Assembly: GCA_036804585.1 (NCBI GenBank)
Contig: DAIRSC010000001.1
Coordinates: 1-39,915, forward strand
DNA: 39,915 bases
Source: Chitinophagaceae bacterium
GTDB taxonomy: Bacteria; Bacteroidota; Bacteroidia; Chitinophagales; Chitinophagaceae
Reading direction: 5' to 3'
Shown here: piece by piece, positions 1-9,569 of the stretch
Position numbering within the stretch: the stretch's first letter is position 1
How the letters are laid out: each line of letters starts with the position of its first letter
The notes under the pieces: generated by a model
Database searches by the model: none
Told to the model about the DNA's origin: nothing
The model's input: only the letters and a program-made list of their open reading frames with translations
Made by a program: the position numbers and the translations under genes

Positions 1-62
1 CCCTCGAACGCTTCCTTGAATTTGAAGCGCCTATGAGATAATCAGCAAGCCCTACTTAAAAG
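1..62 (+). repeat. Copy A of a ~62-nt conserved element (copy B at 3170-3232); probably truncated by the window edge
   Basis: My manual alignment of 1-62 against 3170-3231 gives 53/62 identical positions. It contains the inverted repeat CGCTTC-9nt-GAAGCG (9-29). In the + frame it reads ...NASLNLKRL-TGA, so it may be the 3-prime end of an upstream gene. Confidence 0.6.
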
Positions 63-85
63 TTCAAAAAGCCTTGAACTTTTTT
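58..85 (+). terminator. AT-rich hairpin plus T-run, a possible intrinsic terminator of the gene ending upstream of the window
   Basis: AAAAGTTCAA (58-67) and TTGAACTTTT (74-83) are perfect reverse complements with the 6-nt loop AAAGCC, followed by TT. The stem is weak because it is mostly A/T. Confidence 0.35.
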
Positions 86-213
86 GCCAAATGACTTTTG
101 CAATGGTCTCAAAATAAGCATCAGGTTTGGTGAAATATTCCATCCGGTTTAAGATTACTTTAACGCCCAGCCTTTTGAGTCGCAACGTATTTTTGAGCTC
201 CGATTTTTCCGTC

Positions 214-2247
214 ATGATGAGGACCTTGATCCTGGTGCTGTTTACTTGTGTTTGTGTCAACGTCGGTCGTTCGCAGGAAATCATTTTTACAACCGAACCT
301 GCCGCACGACGCGTAGGGCTTGAAGATCCATTTCAGGTACGTTATCGCATTCAAAACTCAAGCCGGGTCCGTTCCTTCGAATTACCTGTTCTGAGAGATT
401 TTCTGATATTGGGTGGTCCTTCCAAGAGCAATCAAATTTCTATTGTAAATGGAGAACGCGCAGTCAGCCTGGAACTCATATATGTAATGAAGGCCAAACG
501 GACCGGCACGCTCATACTCCCCGGCGGTATTGCAGTGGTGGATGGGCGCGAAATACGCAGCAACAATATGAGTATTGAGGTGATTCCGGGTTCCGTCATG
601 GAAAAACAACCCCGACGCCAACAACAAAGTCCTTTCGATGATCCTTTTTTTCAGAACGATCCTTTTGGAGATGATCCTTTTGCAGCCATACAAAAACAAC
701 ATCAACAAATGATGCAAGCACTACAGCGGCAAATGCAGGGTCAGGCAGTCCCATCCACCAGGCCACATCGCAGTCCTGCCCAGCCCAACGGGAAACAGAC
801 GGATATGGTGAATCGCAACAACCTCAGCGATAATTTGTTTATTCGGGTAGATGTCGATAAAAAAACAGCGACTGTTGGAGAGCAGGTCACGGTTAGTTAT
901 AAGATGTATACCCGGGTTCCAATGGAAGTGAATCTCACCAAACTCCCTTCCCTCAATGGTTTCTGGAGTCAGGATTTTAAAATTCCCAAACCACCCAAAC
1001 CCCGTAAAGAACTTTTTAATGGGAAGGAGTATCAGGTTTTTGAAATCAAACGAACGGCCTTATTTCCTACCCAAAGCGGTACCCTCACCCTTGATCCGGC
1101 TGAGGCCGAAGGAATTGCCCGGGTGATAAAGCCCACCAAAGTGCGACGCGAAAATCCTTTTGGAGATATGTTCGAAGATGATCCTTTCTTTAATAGCTTT
1201 TTTGGTTCCATGCTGATGAGTGATCCGGCTTTTGATGATGGCTTTATGACCCAGTATGATTTTGAAGATGTGCCTGTCAAACTCAAAAGCACACCCATTC
1301 AAATTGCAGTGAAGGATGCGCCGGCCGATCGGCCTTTGTCTTTTAAAGGCGCCGTGGGTCAATACCAAATTGAAAGCAATATCGATCGTACCGAATTGAG
1401 TACCGACGATTTGGCAACCATTACTTTTCGCGTGAGTGGCACAGGAAACTTAAAGTTGATTGGTGCACCGGAAATCAAAGTACCGCTTGATTTGGATGCA
1501 CTTGACCCGACTGAGAAGGACACCATTACCAATACCAACGATATCATTGCAGGATATAAAACATTTTCGTATGCGTTTGCACCCAGAGTAGCAGGACAAT
1601 TTGTGATACCCGGTGCAGCATTTAGTTATTACGATCCGGAAACCCAGCAATTTGTAACTCGCACTACACCTTCATACACCTTAAATGTAAAACCCGGTAA
1701 AGGACAAAGTGCAGTGAGTCAATTGCCCCGTGATATTCACGACATTCATTCGAGTACGACCCTGAAAAAGAATGACCATTCAGGTACCTGGCCGGCATCA
1801 CCCTGGTATTGGGGCGGTTTTGGATTGCCTGTGTTGGCTTATCTGGGACTCATTTTGGTTCGACGACGTGAAGATGCCATGCGCAGCAATTTGGTTTTAT
1901 TCAAAAATAAAAAGGCGAATAAAATTGCATTACAACGTTTGGCTTTGGCAGAACGATACCTGAAACAAAGTAATCAAAGTGCATTTTACGAAGAAACATC
2001 CAAAGCTGTTTGGTTGTATCTGAGCGATAAACTCAATATTCCACTTTCTGCATTGAGCAAAGAAGTGGCAGCCGATAAAATGAAAACCAGATCCGTGAGT
2101 GACACATTGCAGCAGGAATTATTCAGAATCACCAATGAGTGTGAAATGGCTTTGTATGCGCCGGATCGTGGGGCTATGCAAATGCATCAAACCTATAGTG
2201 ATGCGTTTAAACTAATTGGTAAACTGGAAGATTTTTTGAGTGCATGA
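214..2247 (+). CDS. batD: BatD-family oxygen-tolerance protein (secreted, C-terminal TM segment)
   Basis: The ORF track gives 127-2247 from a TTG. I prefer the ATG at 214 (MMRTLILVLFTCVCVNVGRSQE signal peptide). The N-terminal BatD-like beta-sandwich repeats and the TM helix WYWGGFGLPVLAYLGLILV near the C-terminus fit BatD. The stop overlaps the next start (ATGA at 2244-2247). Confidence 0.75.
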   Translation: MMRTLILVLFTCVCVNVGRSQEIIFTTEPAARRVGLEDPFQVRYRIQNSSRVRSFELPVLRDFLILGGPSKSNQISIVNGERAVSLELIYVMKAKRTGTLILPGGIAVVDGREIRSNNMSIEVIPGSVMEKQPRRQQQSPFDDPFFQNDPFGDDPFAAIQKQHQQMMQALQRQMQGQAVPSTRPHRSPAQPNGKQTDMVNRNNLSDNLFIRVDVDKKTATVGEQVTVSYKMYTRVPMEVNLTKLPSLNGFWSQDFKIPKPPKPRKELFNGKEYQVFEIKRTALFPTQSGTLTLDPAEAEGIARVIKPTKVRRENPFGDMFEDDPFFNSFFGSMLMSDPAFDDGFMTQYDFEDVPVKLKSTPIQIAVKDAPADRPLSFKGAVGQYQIESNIDRTELSTDDLATITFRVSGTGNLKLIGAPEIKVPLDLDALDPTEKDTITNTNDIIAGYKTFSYAFAPRVAGQFVIPGAAFSYYDPETQQFVTRTTPSYTLNVKPGKGQSAVSQLPRDIHDIHSSTTLKKNDHSGTWPASPWYWGGFGLPVLAYLGLILVRRREDAMRSNLVLFKNKKANKIALQRLALAERYLKQSNQSAFYEETSKAVWLYLSDKLNIPLSALSKEVAADKMKTRSVSDTLQQELFRITNECEMALYAPDRGAMQMHQTYSDAFKLIGKLEDFLSA

Positions 2248-2978
2248 GAAAGGGAATCATTCTTTTAGTGTTTTTCATGAGTAGCCTGATTCAAGTCAAG
2301 GCTGAAGATCATATCATGTTTGATAAGGCCAATCAGATGTATCGCAATAAGTTATTTGACAGTGCAGCGAATTTGTATCAGCAACTCATCAATGATGGGT
2401 TTAGTTCACCTGATTTATACTACAATGCCGGTAATGCCTTTTACCGATTAAATAAAATCGGATGGTCGGTCTGGTGTTATCGCAAAGCATTGTTCATGAA
2501 AGAAGATCGGAATTATCGCGATAACCTGAAATTGGCACAGCGTCGTATTGTGTCACCCATTGTAGCTGAATCCGATATTTTTTTTATACGTTGGTGGAAG
2601 TCATTGTATGGTTTGTTTTCTGTAAATACCTGGGCACTTCTGGCTATACTTAGCTTTTTCGTCGCTATGACCACACTTTTTCTAAAAAAATTTGGCCGTC
2701 CTTTTTCGGGAATCAATGGTTTGCGGAACTTGGCATTTGTAATGAGTTTTATGGCCTTGATACTCATGGGTGTTCGATGGCTGGAAGAACAATATCATTA
2801 CCGAGGAATCATTGTTAAAAGTGCAACACTATTTCAGCCACAAGGCAAAGGGGCGGCGCTCACCTTATCGGAAGGAGTGGAAGTAGAATTTGTGATGCAG
2901 GGTAAAGTACAAATGTTGGTGAAATTACCCGATGGACAAATCGGCCAAATAGAAGCATCGGCTTTTAGAAAGCTGTAA
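2244..2978 (+). CDS. batE: BatE-like TPR protein with central TM segments and a C-terminal SH3-like domain
   Basis: Signal peptide MRKGIILLVFFMSSLIQVKA, TPR-like helices (ANQMYRNKLFDSAANLYQQLI, YYNAGNAFYRL) and position immediately after batD with a 4-nt overlap. The gene symbol rests on synteny and architecture only. Confidence 0.55.
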   Translation: MRKGIILLVFFMSSLIQVKAEDHIMFDKANQMYRNKLFDSAANLYQQLINDGFSSPDLYYNAGNAFYRLNKIGWSVWCYRKALFMKEDRNYRDNLKLAQRRIVSPIVAESDIFFIRWWKSLYGLFSVNTWALLAILSFFVAMTTLFLKKFGRPFSGINGLRNLAFVMSFMALILMGVRWLEEQYHYRGIIVKSATLFQPQGKGAALTLSEGVEVEFVMQGKVQMLVKLPDGQIGQIEASAFRKL

Positions 2979-3169
2979 TTTATTTAGGGGCTACCGTTTA
3001 ATGTGAAAATAGTTAACATCACTACAACCAGGGGTGAATTTCGCTTATTTAAATGCAAGGCAATTTGTCTAATCACTTCAATATGCTTTCAGTTCATTTC
3101 TTGATTTTCACTTCTCACTGGCATCTTCAACTTTGGCGTCATCGTCCAAGGGCTGTACAATAGTACTAT

Positions 3170-3232
3170 CCCTTGAACGCTTCCTTAAATTTGAAGCGCC
3201 AGTGAGATAACCAGCAGCCCCTATTTAAGAGA
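3170..3232 (+). repeat. Copy B of the ~62-nt conserved element
   Basis: About 85 percent identical to 1-62 and has the same CGCTTC...GAAGCG inverted repeat. Here the matching + frame is closed by TAG at 3161-3163, so only 13 codons are open and this copy is not a gene end. Confidence 0.6.
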
Positions 3233-3245
3233 CTATATCTTAAAT
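3223..3245. other. Hairpin at the distal end of repeat copy B
   Basis: ATTTAAGA (3223-3230) and TCTTAAAT (3238-3245) are perfect reverse complements with a 7-nt loop. It sits at the same relative position as the 58-83 hairpin of copy A, but the stem sequence differs. No T-run follows. Confidence 0.3.
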
Positions 3246-3305
3246 CGATAATGGTTCAAACGAATAGCAACAAGAGTTAGAATCGAAATGGATCTATATG
3301 ATTTG

Positions 3306-3722
3306 TTATTCAGTGACAATTCGTCTTTTCAACTCGTCCACGAATTCCAGTTGTACATGCAGCACCGCTAAGCCTTGCAAAAGTTCAGCAGCCATTTCGG
3401 GCCATTCAATAAAAATATACACATCCTGCATTTCGAGAATATCCTGCACCCCTGCTTCAATGGCATCTTCAGTATGTTTAAGTCGATACCAATCCATGTG
3501 ATAAACAGAATGACTTTGTGTAAGGGCGTATTCATTGATGATTGAAAAAGTTGGACTGGCAGGATGATCCGATACGCCGAGTTGTTTACAAAGGGCTGCA
3601 ATGAAGGTGGTTTTGCCGCTTCCCATGGGCGCATGAAAGGCAAAAATGCGATTCTCCGGAAATGTATTGAGCAAAGAAGTAGCCACTTCATCTAACTCAT
3701 GCAATTCAAACACACGATTCAT
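3306..3722 (-). CDS. tsaE: tRNA threonylcarbamoyladenosine (t6A) biosynthesis protein TsaE (P-loop ATPase)
   Basis: Walker A motif APMGSGKTTF, the TsaE-typical SPTFSIINEY and HMDWYRL motifs, and a size of ~138 aa from MNRVFELHEL. The ORF-track start at 3827 adds 35 non-homologous residues. Confidence 0.85.
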   Translation of the reverse strand: MNRVFELHELDEVATSLLNTFPENRIFAFHAPMGSGKTTFIAALCKQLGVSDHPASPTFSIINEYALTQSHSVYHMDWYRLKHTEDAIEAGVQDILEMQDVYIFIEWPEMAAELLQGLAVLHVQLEFVDELKRRIVTE

Positions 3723-3961
3723 TTGGCGAAAATAGAACAGAAATGTGGGAAGCGCTTCGCACATTACCGGATTGGGGTAATACCAATGTGATATTTGTAA
3801 TACCGATATTGTGGCTGTAACCTTCATTCCTCAGGTACATCCACATCATCGGCAAAAGTTAGAACAATACATTTAGTCTAAACAACTATCCTATCACCGA
3901 AATACTCTTTGTAATAATCGTTCCTCGCCAATAAAGAGTAAATCGTATAAGAAATTTCGGA

Positions 3962-4345
3962 CTAGCGATGTTGATCGATCAAAATCTGATTGCCATCCGG
4001 GTCGCTGAGGGTGATGTGAGCAGGCCCAATCATATTCGGGTCAGCAGTGGTTTGAATCGTAATTCCCGATTGTTGTAACTGTTGTTGAATGGCACGCACA
4101 TCATCAAAAGGATCGACTTCTTGTCCTAATTCATTCCACCCAGGATTGAAGGTTAGTATGTTTTGCGCGAACATACCCTGAAACAACCCAATGATGGCAT
4201 TTTCATTTTTTAAAATCAACCATTTCTGTTCAATATTTCCACCCATTTCCCGAAACCCTAATTTTTCGTAAAATGCTTTTGAGGCTTCAATATTCTGAAC
4301 ATTTAAACTGATTGAAAAGGCGCCTAAACGAAGATTTGTACTCAT
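3962..4345 (-). CDS. VOC (glyoxalase/bleomycin-resistance) family protein
   Basis: From MSTNLRLGAFSISLNVQNIEASKAFYEKLGFRE, a typical VOC beta-alpha-beta-beta-beta opening, ~127 aa. The upstream 40 codons in the ORF track look non-coding. Confidence 0.7.
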   Translation of the reverse strand: MSTNLRLGAFSISLNVQNIEASKAFYEKLGFREMGGNIEQKWLILKNENAIIGLFQGMFAQNILTFNPGWNELGQEVDPFDDVRAIQQQLQQSGITIQTTADPNMIGPAHITLSDPDGNQILIDQHR

Positions 4346-4556
4346 AATATTTGTTGATTTGAAGTTTAGCCAGAGAAGACAGATCAGTAAAATTAAACAA
4401 TGAAATAAAAACTTGTGGGTTAATTCAGTCAAATAATCCGCAAGATGGCCAATCTGTAATTCCACATTCTATTTTACATGCATCTTCAATTTCTGAAGCA
4501 ATAAAATTTTTAGTACAGTTTCCGGCAGTTCATCATCCCCGCATTACATTTACAGC

Positions 4557-5801
4557 ATGAAGGTGTTGGAACATGAAATCTGCATTGTGGGCGCAGGTCC
4601 AGGGGGAGTAATGGCTGCCTTGTTTTTGGCCAAAGCCGGAATCCCCTCTTTGATTATTGATCAGGCGAAATTTCCACGCGATAAAATTTGTGGCGATGCC
4701 CTGAGTGCTAAGTGTGCTGATATTTTACAAAAACTCAATCCCGAAATTTTACCGGATTTTAAAAAACAAGATTTTCAGATCAGTAGTAATGGGGTGAATT
4801 TTGTAGCGCCCAATTTAGAAGTTTTGCGATTAAAATTTGGCGGCTCCGGTCCCGGAAATAAAAAGGTAGGTGGCTTTATTGCCAAGCGCTTCGACTTAGA
4901 TCATTATTTGTTTCAATGGATGGCGCAAGAACCCCTGATTACTGTTTTGGAAGAAACACCGGCACAACAATTTATCCGAACGGCCGATGGCTGGCATATT
5001 CAAACACCGGATATACGCATCGAAACCAAACTGTTATTGGACGCCTCAGGGGCTCAAAGCGCATTTGCCCGTCATCATGCAGGAATACAAAAAGAAGAGC
5101 ATCACTTTAGTGCCGGATTGAGGGTGTACTATAAAGATGTAAAGGGCATGGATCCGGATAATTTTATTGAATTACATTTTTTGAAAGAATTATTGCCCGG
5201 ATATTTTTGGATATTTCCGCTGCCGAATGGGGAAGCCAATGTAGGCATTGGGGTCAGAAGTGATGTCGTGCGAAAACAACGAATGAACTTAAAGACGGAA
5301 TTAAAAAAAATCATCGAGGAACATCCTGTCATCAGTAAACGTTTTGAGAGAGCAACGCCCATCGATAGCGTGAGAGGATATGGTTTACCTTTAGGTTCCA
5401 AACAACGCAAACTCTCCGGCGATCAGTTTTTATTATTAGGCGACGCGGCTTCTCTGATTGATCCCTTCACCGGTGAGGGCATCGGTAACGCCATGATTAG
5501 TGGGATGAAAGCCGCTGAAATTATTTTGGCAGCAAGGACAAAAGGCAATTATCATGCGGAGTCATTGGCTGGATATGATGCGGCTATTTATCGTCGGCTG
5601 GGAAAAGAATTTGCAATCAGCACAAAATTTTTGCAACTGGTGCGATATCAATGGCTGTTTAACTTTATTGTGCGAAAAGCCAACCGGAATGCAACCTTAC
5701 GCGAAACGATGGGATGTATGTTTGAGAGTGTGGACCTGAGACGTAAACTCAAGAACCCGCTGTTTTATTTAAAATTATTATTTGGTCGGGATTCAGGTTG
5801 A
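4557..5801 (+). CDS. FAD-dependent geranylgeranyl reductase family oxidoreductase
   Basis: N-terminal Rossmann motif IVGAGPGGVMAALFLAKAG, then DKICGDAL and the LLLGDAASLIDPFTGEGIGNAM motif typical of the geranylgeranyl reductase family. Confidence 0.8.
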   Translation: MKVLEHEICIVGAGPGGVMAALFLAKAGIPSLIIDQAKFPRDKICGDALSAKCADILQKLNPEILPDFKKQDFQISSNGVNFVAPNLEVLRLKFGGSGPGNKKVGGFIAKRFDLDHYLFQWMAQEPLITVLEETPAQQFIRTADGWHIQTPDIRIETKLLLDASGAQSAFARHHAGIQKEEHHFSAGLRVYYKDVKGMDPDNFIELHFLKELLPGYFWIFPLPNGEANVGIGVRSDVVRKQRMNLKTELKKIIEEHPVISKRFERATPIDSVRGYGLPLGSKQRKLSGDQFLLLGDAASLIDPFTGEGIGNAMISGMKAAEIILAARTKGNYHAESLAGYDAAIYRRLGKEFAISTKFLQLVRYQWLFNFIVRKANRNATLRETMGCMFESVDLRRKLKNPLFYLKLLFGRDSG

Positions 5802-7400
5802 TTACAACACCACAAAAAACTTAAACTCATTTTTTTCGCGTTTAACAATGATGGTGGTTTCCTTGCCTTTATCGGTTTTTGTCAGGGCTTCGATATAATC
5901 ATTCATATCGACAATAATAAATTCTCCGATTTTAGAAATAATATCTCCATTGAGGATACCTGCTTTTTCAGCCATTTTATTTGGAAGGCAAGCTCCTACG
6001 CGAATCCCATTTTGTTCGAAGGAATTATCCGGGATGATGCCAAGGTTCGTTTTGAGGCTTTCGATACGCGGGATATAGTCGTTGGTTTTGGTAAAATCCG
6101 GTTTGCTGTTCAGATTCATATCTGTTAGCAAAGATGATACATACTGTATGACAGACATCAGCCCCGTATAATTAATTCGAGTGGCTATGTCGGTATTTTT
6201 CATATAGTCGTTGTGGTAGCCCGTGCTCAATCGGATAGCCGGAATATTGTTTTGATAAAATACACTGTAATCCGAATATCCGGTCCCGGAGCTGTCAATC
6301 TTCAATACATAACCTTTGTTGATTTTTTGCAAGGCCGGAATCCAATAGGGTGATGTGGCGCCTCCGCCAATAAAGAGTTCCTTGCTCTCCTGATTGTAAC
6401 GGCCCAGCATATCCAAATCAATCATCGCGGCAAAAGCATTCAGTTGATGTTCGTTTTGTTGGATAAATGCTTTCGATCCCTGATGATCTTGCTCTTTGCC
6501 TGAAAAGGCTGCAAATAAAAAGTTGTAGCGGTTGAGTTTGAGACTACTGATTTGTTCTGCAATTTGTAACAAGGCAGCAATTCCGCTGGCATTGTCGTCG
6601 GCACCGGGATATCCTTCTCCCAGGTGATCATAATGCGCTGCAATCACGATGGTGAGGGGCGCTTTATTGTCGATCATGGCAATCACATTGGTCCCTGTGG
6701 TGTTGGCATTTTCGTAGCCCAGTTTGGCATCTATTTCAATCCAATCTTTGTGCATATTGGCTTTCAGATGCGTGAGATAGGCTTTATGATTCATAATGGC
6801 CACCGGAATCGATAGGGCTTCATATTGATTCAGGTTGAGTGGAGAAAAATCGTAATTGGTACCGATATCATTATAAAAAACCACAGCGCCTGATTTTCGG
6901 TTCATACAATCGCGGGCATAATCAAAAATACGTTTTTGAAAATCGTTGGTTTCTATCACGCGGGCTTCTGACATGGGTACGAGCCAAACCTGATTTTCTT
7001 CATAAACTTTGGGATACACCGAACCAAAAATGGTATTGCCTTTGCTATAGGGAAAGAACACCAGGTCGGAATTCAGGTTAAGTCGGGTATTAAATACAGA
7101 GAAATAGGCATTGGAACCGATGCGGGTGCCCACATTGGCAGTAAAAGCCCATTGGTATTTATTTTTATAGGGCTGAATGCCCATATTCCTGAAACGGCTT
7201 TCGATGTAGGTAGCGGCTTTTTGCTCTCCATCTGTTCCGGTCAGGCGACCCTGCAATTCTGTTGAGGCCAGGTATTCGATATCCTGCCGAAGCTTGAGTA
7301 AGGTTTGATTGACTTCCTTCTCATTTCCGGGCCCGGCAATGATTTCTTTGAAAAAAACAACGATAGCCAATAAGCACAGAAGGCTTCTTACTGAAAACAT
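5802..7400 (-). CDS. Secreted M28 family aminopeptidase with C-terminal PDZ domain
   Basis: Signal peptide MFSVRSLLCLLAIVVFF, M28 zinc-site motifs AAHYDHLG and DDNASG, and a C-terminal PDZ-like segment GIRVGACLPNKMAEKAGILNGDIISKIG. Its stop abuts the convergent stop of the previous gene (5801/5802). Confidence 0.8.
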   Translation of the reverse strand: MFSVRSLLCLLAIVVFFKEIIAGPGNEKEVNQTLLKLRQDIEYLASTELQGRLTGTDGEQKAATYIESRFRNMGIQPYKNKYQWAFTANVGTRIGSNAYFSVFNTRLNLNSDLVFFPYSKGNTIFGSVYPKVYEENQVWLVPMSEARVIETNDFQKRIFDYARDCMNRKSGAVVFYNDIGTNYDFSPLNLNQYEALSIPVAIMNHKAYLTHLKANMHKDWIEIDAKLGYENANTTGTNVIAMIDNKAPLTIVIAAHYDHLGEGYPGADDNASGIAALLQIAEQISSLKLNRYNFLFAAFSGKEQDHQGSKAFIQQNEHQLNAFAAMIDLDMLGRYNQESKELFIGGGATSPYWIPALQKINKGYVLKIDSSGTGYSDYSVFYQNNIPAIRLSTGYHNDYMKNTDIATRINYTGLMSVIQYVSSLLTDMNLNSKPDFTKTNDYIPRIESLKTNLGIIPDNSFEQNGIRVGACLPNKMAEKAGILNGDIISKIGEFIIVDMNDYIEALTKTDKGKETTIIVKREKNEFKFFVVL

Positions 7401-7601
7401 ATGTCGACAAATATAACTTACAGGCATGGACTAATTTTTGAAAATGAGAGATTAAATGCTTTTTCGTCTATTTTTGCGAAAATTTTAAGAAGTCGCGCAG
7501 CATTTATTCGGCCCTCAGCCATTCGATATAATGGAACAAGCTGAATGCATTCAACAATCCGGATTCCGATTACAAAACCATTATTCAAAATATTTAAACT
7601 C

Positions 7602-8699
7602 ATGAAATCAACTCCATTTACCCCCATCCATATCAATCTTGGTGCCAAAATGGCCGAGTTTGCCGGTTATAACATGCCTATTTCATATACAGGCATCAAT
7701 GATGAACACGCAGCGGTTCGAAACAATGTAGGTATTTTTGATGTGAGCCATATGGGTGAATTCATCTTAAAAGGCGACGGGGCTTTGGATTTGATTCAAC
7801 GCACCACGAGCAACGATGCTTCAAAATTGACGGATGGTAAGGCCCAATATTCTTGTTTTCCCAATGAGCAAGGAGGCATTGTAGATGATTTATTGGTTTA
7901 TTGCCTCGAGCAAAACAAAAGCTACATGTTGGTGGTGAATGCCTCCAATATGGAAAAAGATTGGAATTGGTTGCAACAACATAATACCGCCGGTGTGGAG
8001 ATGCACAATATTTCCGATAAAACGGGTTTGTTGGCTGTGCAGGGGCCTTTGGCGGTAAAAGCTATGCAAAAACTTACCGACATGGACTTGGTAAATTTAA
8101 AATACTATACGTTCGTGAAAGGGACTTTTGCCGGCATTGACAACGTATTGGTGAGTGCGACAGGATACACCGGTTCGGGTGGTGTGGAAATTTATTATGA
8201 AGAAAAAGAAGGAGAAGGGCAACGTTTGTGGGATGCTATCATGGAAGCCGGTGCAGAATTTGGTATTAAGCCATGCGGATTAGGTTGTCGGGATACCCTG
8301 CGCCTCGAAATGGGCTTCTGTTTATATGGCAATGATTTGGATGATCAAACAAGCCCCATAGAAGCAGGATTGGGTTGGATTACCAAGTTTACAAAAGATT
8401 TTACCAATCGTGCTGCATTGGAAGCTCAGAAAAATAATGGGGTTACTCGTAAATTAGTTGGTTTTGAAATGATCGACAAAGGCATTCCTCGTCATCATTA
8501 TGTGATTAAAACAGCGGATGGCGAAACAATCGGTCAGGTGAGTAGCGGTACCCAGAGTCCGAGTTTATCCAAAGCCATCGGTATGGGATATGTGAAAACC
8601 GAACATGCTTCTATTGGTTCGGAAATTTACGTGGAGGTACGCGAAAAATTACTCAAGGCCATCGTGGTAAAATTGCCTTTTTATCAGGCCCATGAATAG
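7602..8699 (+). CDS. gcvT: Glycine cleavage system aminomethyltransferase T
   Basis: [29 protein letters not shown]..., [19 protein letters not shown] and [19 protein letters not shown] are canonical GcvT blocks. ~365 aa from the ATG at 7602. Confidence 0.92.
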   Translation: MKSTPFTPIHINLGAKMAEFAGYNMPISYTGINDEHAAVRNNVGIFDVSHMGEFILKGDGALDLIQRTTSNDASKLTDGKAQYSCFPNEQGGIVDDLLVYCLEQNKSYMLVVNASNMEKDWNWLQQHNTAGVEMHNISDKTGLLAVQGPLAVKAMQKLTDMDLVNLKYYTFVKGTFAGIDNVLVSATGYTGSGGVEIYYEEKEGEGQRLWDAIMEAGAEFGIKPCGLGCRDTLRLEMGFCLYGNDLDDQTSPIEAGLGWITKFTKDFTNRAALEAQKNNGVTRKLVGFEMIDKGIPRHHYVIKTADGETIGQVSSGTQSPSLSKAIGMGYVKTEHASIGSEIYVEVREKLLKAIVVKLPFYQAHE

Positions 8700-8774
8700 T
8701 CAGGCCGTAGGATGATTCTTTAGGATATTCAACTGAAGCACTCACTTTATTTGAATGATGTACCTTTGAATGGT

Positions 8775-9389
8775 ATGTCTAAAGATCATTTTTCAGATCG
8801 TTCGGATGCGTATTTGACCTTTCGTCCCCATTACCCCGAAGCATTGTTTCAATGGATTCAATCGCAAAACTTTTCGAGGGGCAGGGCCTGGGATTGTGCA
8901 ACAGGAAACGGTCAATTTGCGCAAGGATTAATTCCCATTTTTGAAGAAGTATTTGCCAGCGATATGAGTGAGGAGCAAATCAAACACGCTTTACAAACAG
9001 ATCGAATCAAATATTCAAAACAATGGGCATCCAAAACCGATTATCCGAATCAATTTTTTCAATTCGTGAGTGTAGCCCAGGCTATCCATTGGTTTGATTT
9101 CGAAGCATTTTATCAGGAAGTACGACGTATCACTACCCCGGAGGCTGTTTTACTCGTATGTGGTTATGAAAAAATACGCGTGAATGAAGAGGTGGATGCC
9201 CTCGTCGAAACCTTATACAATGGTATTTTATCGGACTACTGGGATCCCGAACGACAATATATCGAAGCGCATTATCAAACGATTCCTTTTCCATTTACTG
9301 AAATCGAAACACCCCCATTTACCTGGAGGGCTCATTGGAGTTTAAATCAATTATTGGGTTATTTGGGTACCTGGTCGGCTTTGAAATAA
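8775..9389 (+). CDS. Class I SAM-dependent methyltransferase, apparently truncated by an in-frame TAA (see findings)
   Basis: SAM-binding motif AWDCATGNGQFAQGL, then VAQAIHWFD. The ATG at 8775 is preferred over the TTG at 8751. The same frame stays open for 42 more codons after the TAA at 9387-9389. Confidence 0.75.
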   Translation: MSKDHFSDRSDAYLTFRPHYPEALFQWIQSQNFSRGRAWDCATGNGQFAQGLIPIFEEVFASDMSEEQIKHALQTDRIKYSKQWASKTDYPNQFFQFVSVAQAIHWFDFEAFYQEVRRITTPEAVLLVCGYEKIRVNEEVDALVETLYNGILSDYWDPERQYIEAHYQTIPFPFTEIETPPFTWRAHWSLNQLLGYLGTWSALK

Positions 9390-9569
9390 TATATCCAAAT
9401 CCATCACGAAGACCCACTCGAAAAAATGCAAGCATCCTTTGAAGCTGTTTGGGGAGAGGATCAAACCAAGCCTATCGAATTTCCGATTATTTTACGGGTG
9501 GGATATGTTCATGCGTAGATGAAGTTATTCGGTCTACAAGTTCTCAATAGTAAACATTAAATTTATAGC

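Noticed and set aside
127-213. N-terminal extensions given by the ORF track (127 batD, 3827 tsaE, 4465 VOC, 7427 M28, 7545 gcvT, 8751 methyltransferase, 30054 A2M, 35190 T9SS protein)
   Set aside because: In each case an internal ATG begins a proper signal peptide or the conserved family N-terminus. The upstream residues are non-homologous or start at TTG.
42-717. Minus-strand ORFs 42-284, 160-354 and 382-717, and other 60-130-aa ORFs nested in large genes throughout the track
   Set aside because: They overlap well-supported genes on the opposite strand or in another frame and show no recognisable motifs. I treat them as spurious.
5799-5804. Convergent genes whose stop codons abut with zero intergenic bases (TGA at 5799-5801, TTA at 5802-5804)
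   Set aside because: Compact but unremarkable. No shared hairpin is visible.
7428-7601. Glycine riboswitch upstream of gcvT
   Set aside because: I could not find the conserved GGAGAG / CACCG / ACCGAAGGGGCAA-type cores in this AT-rich leader.
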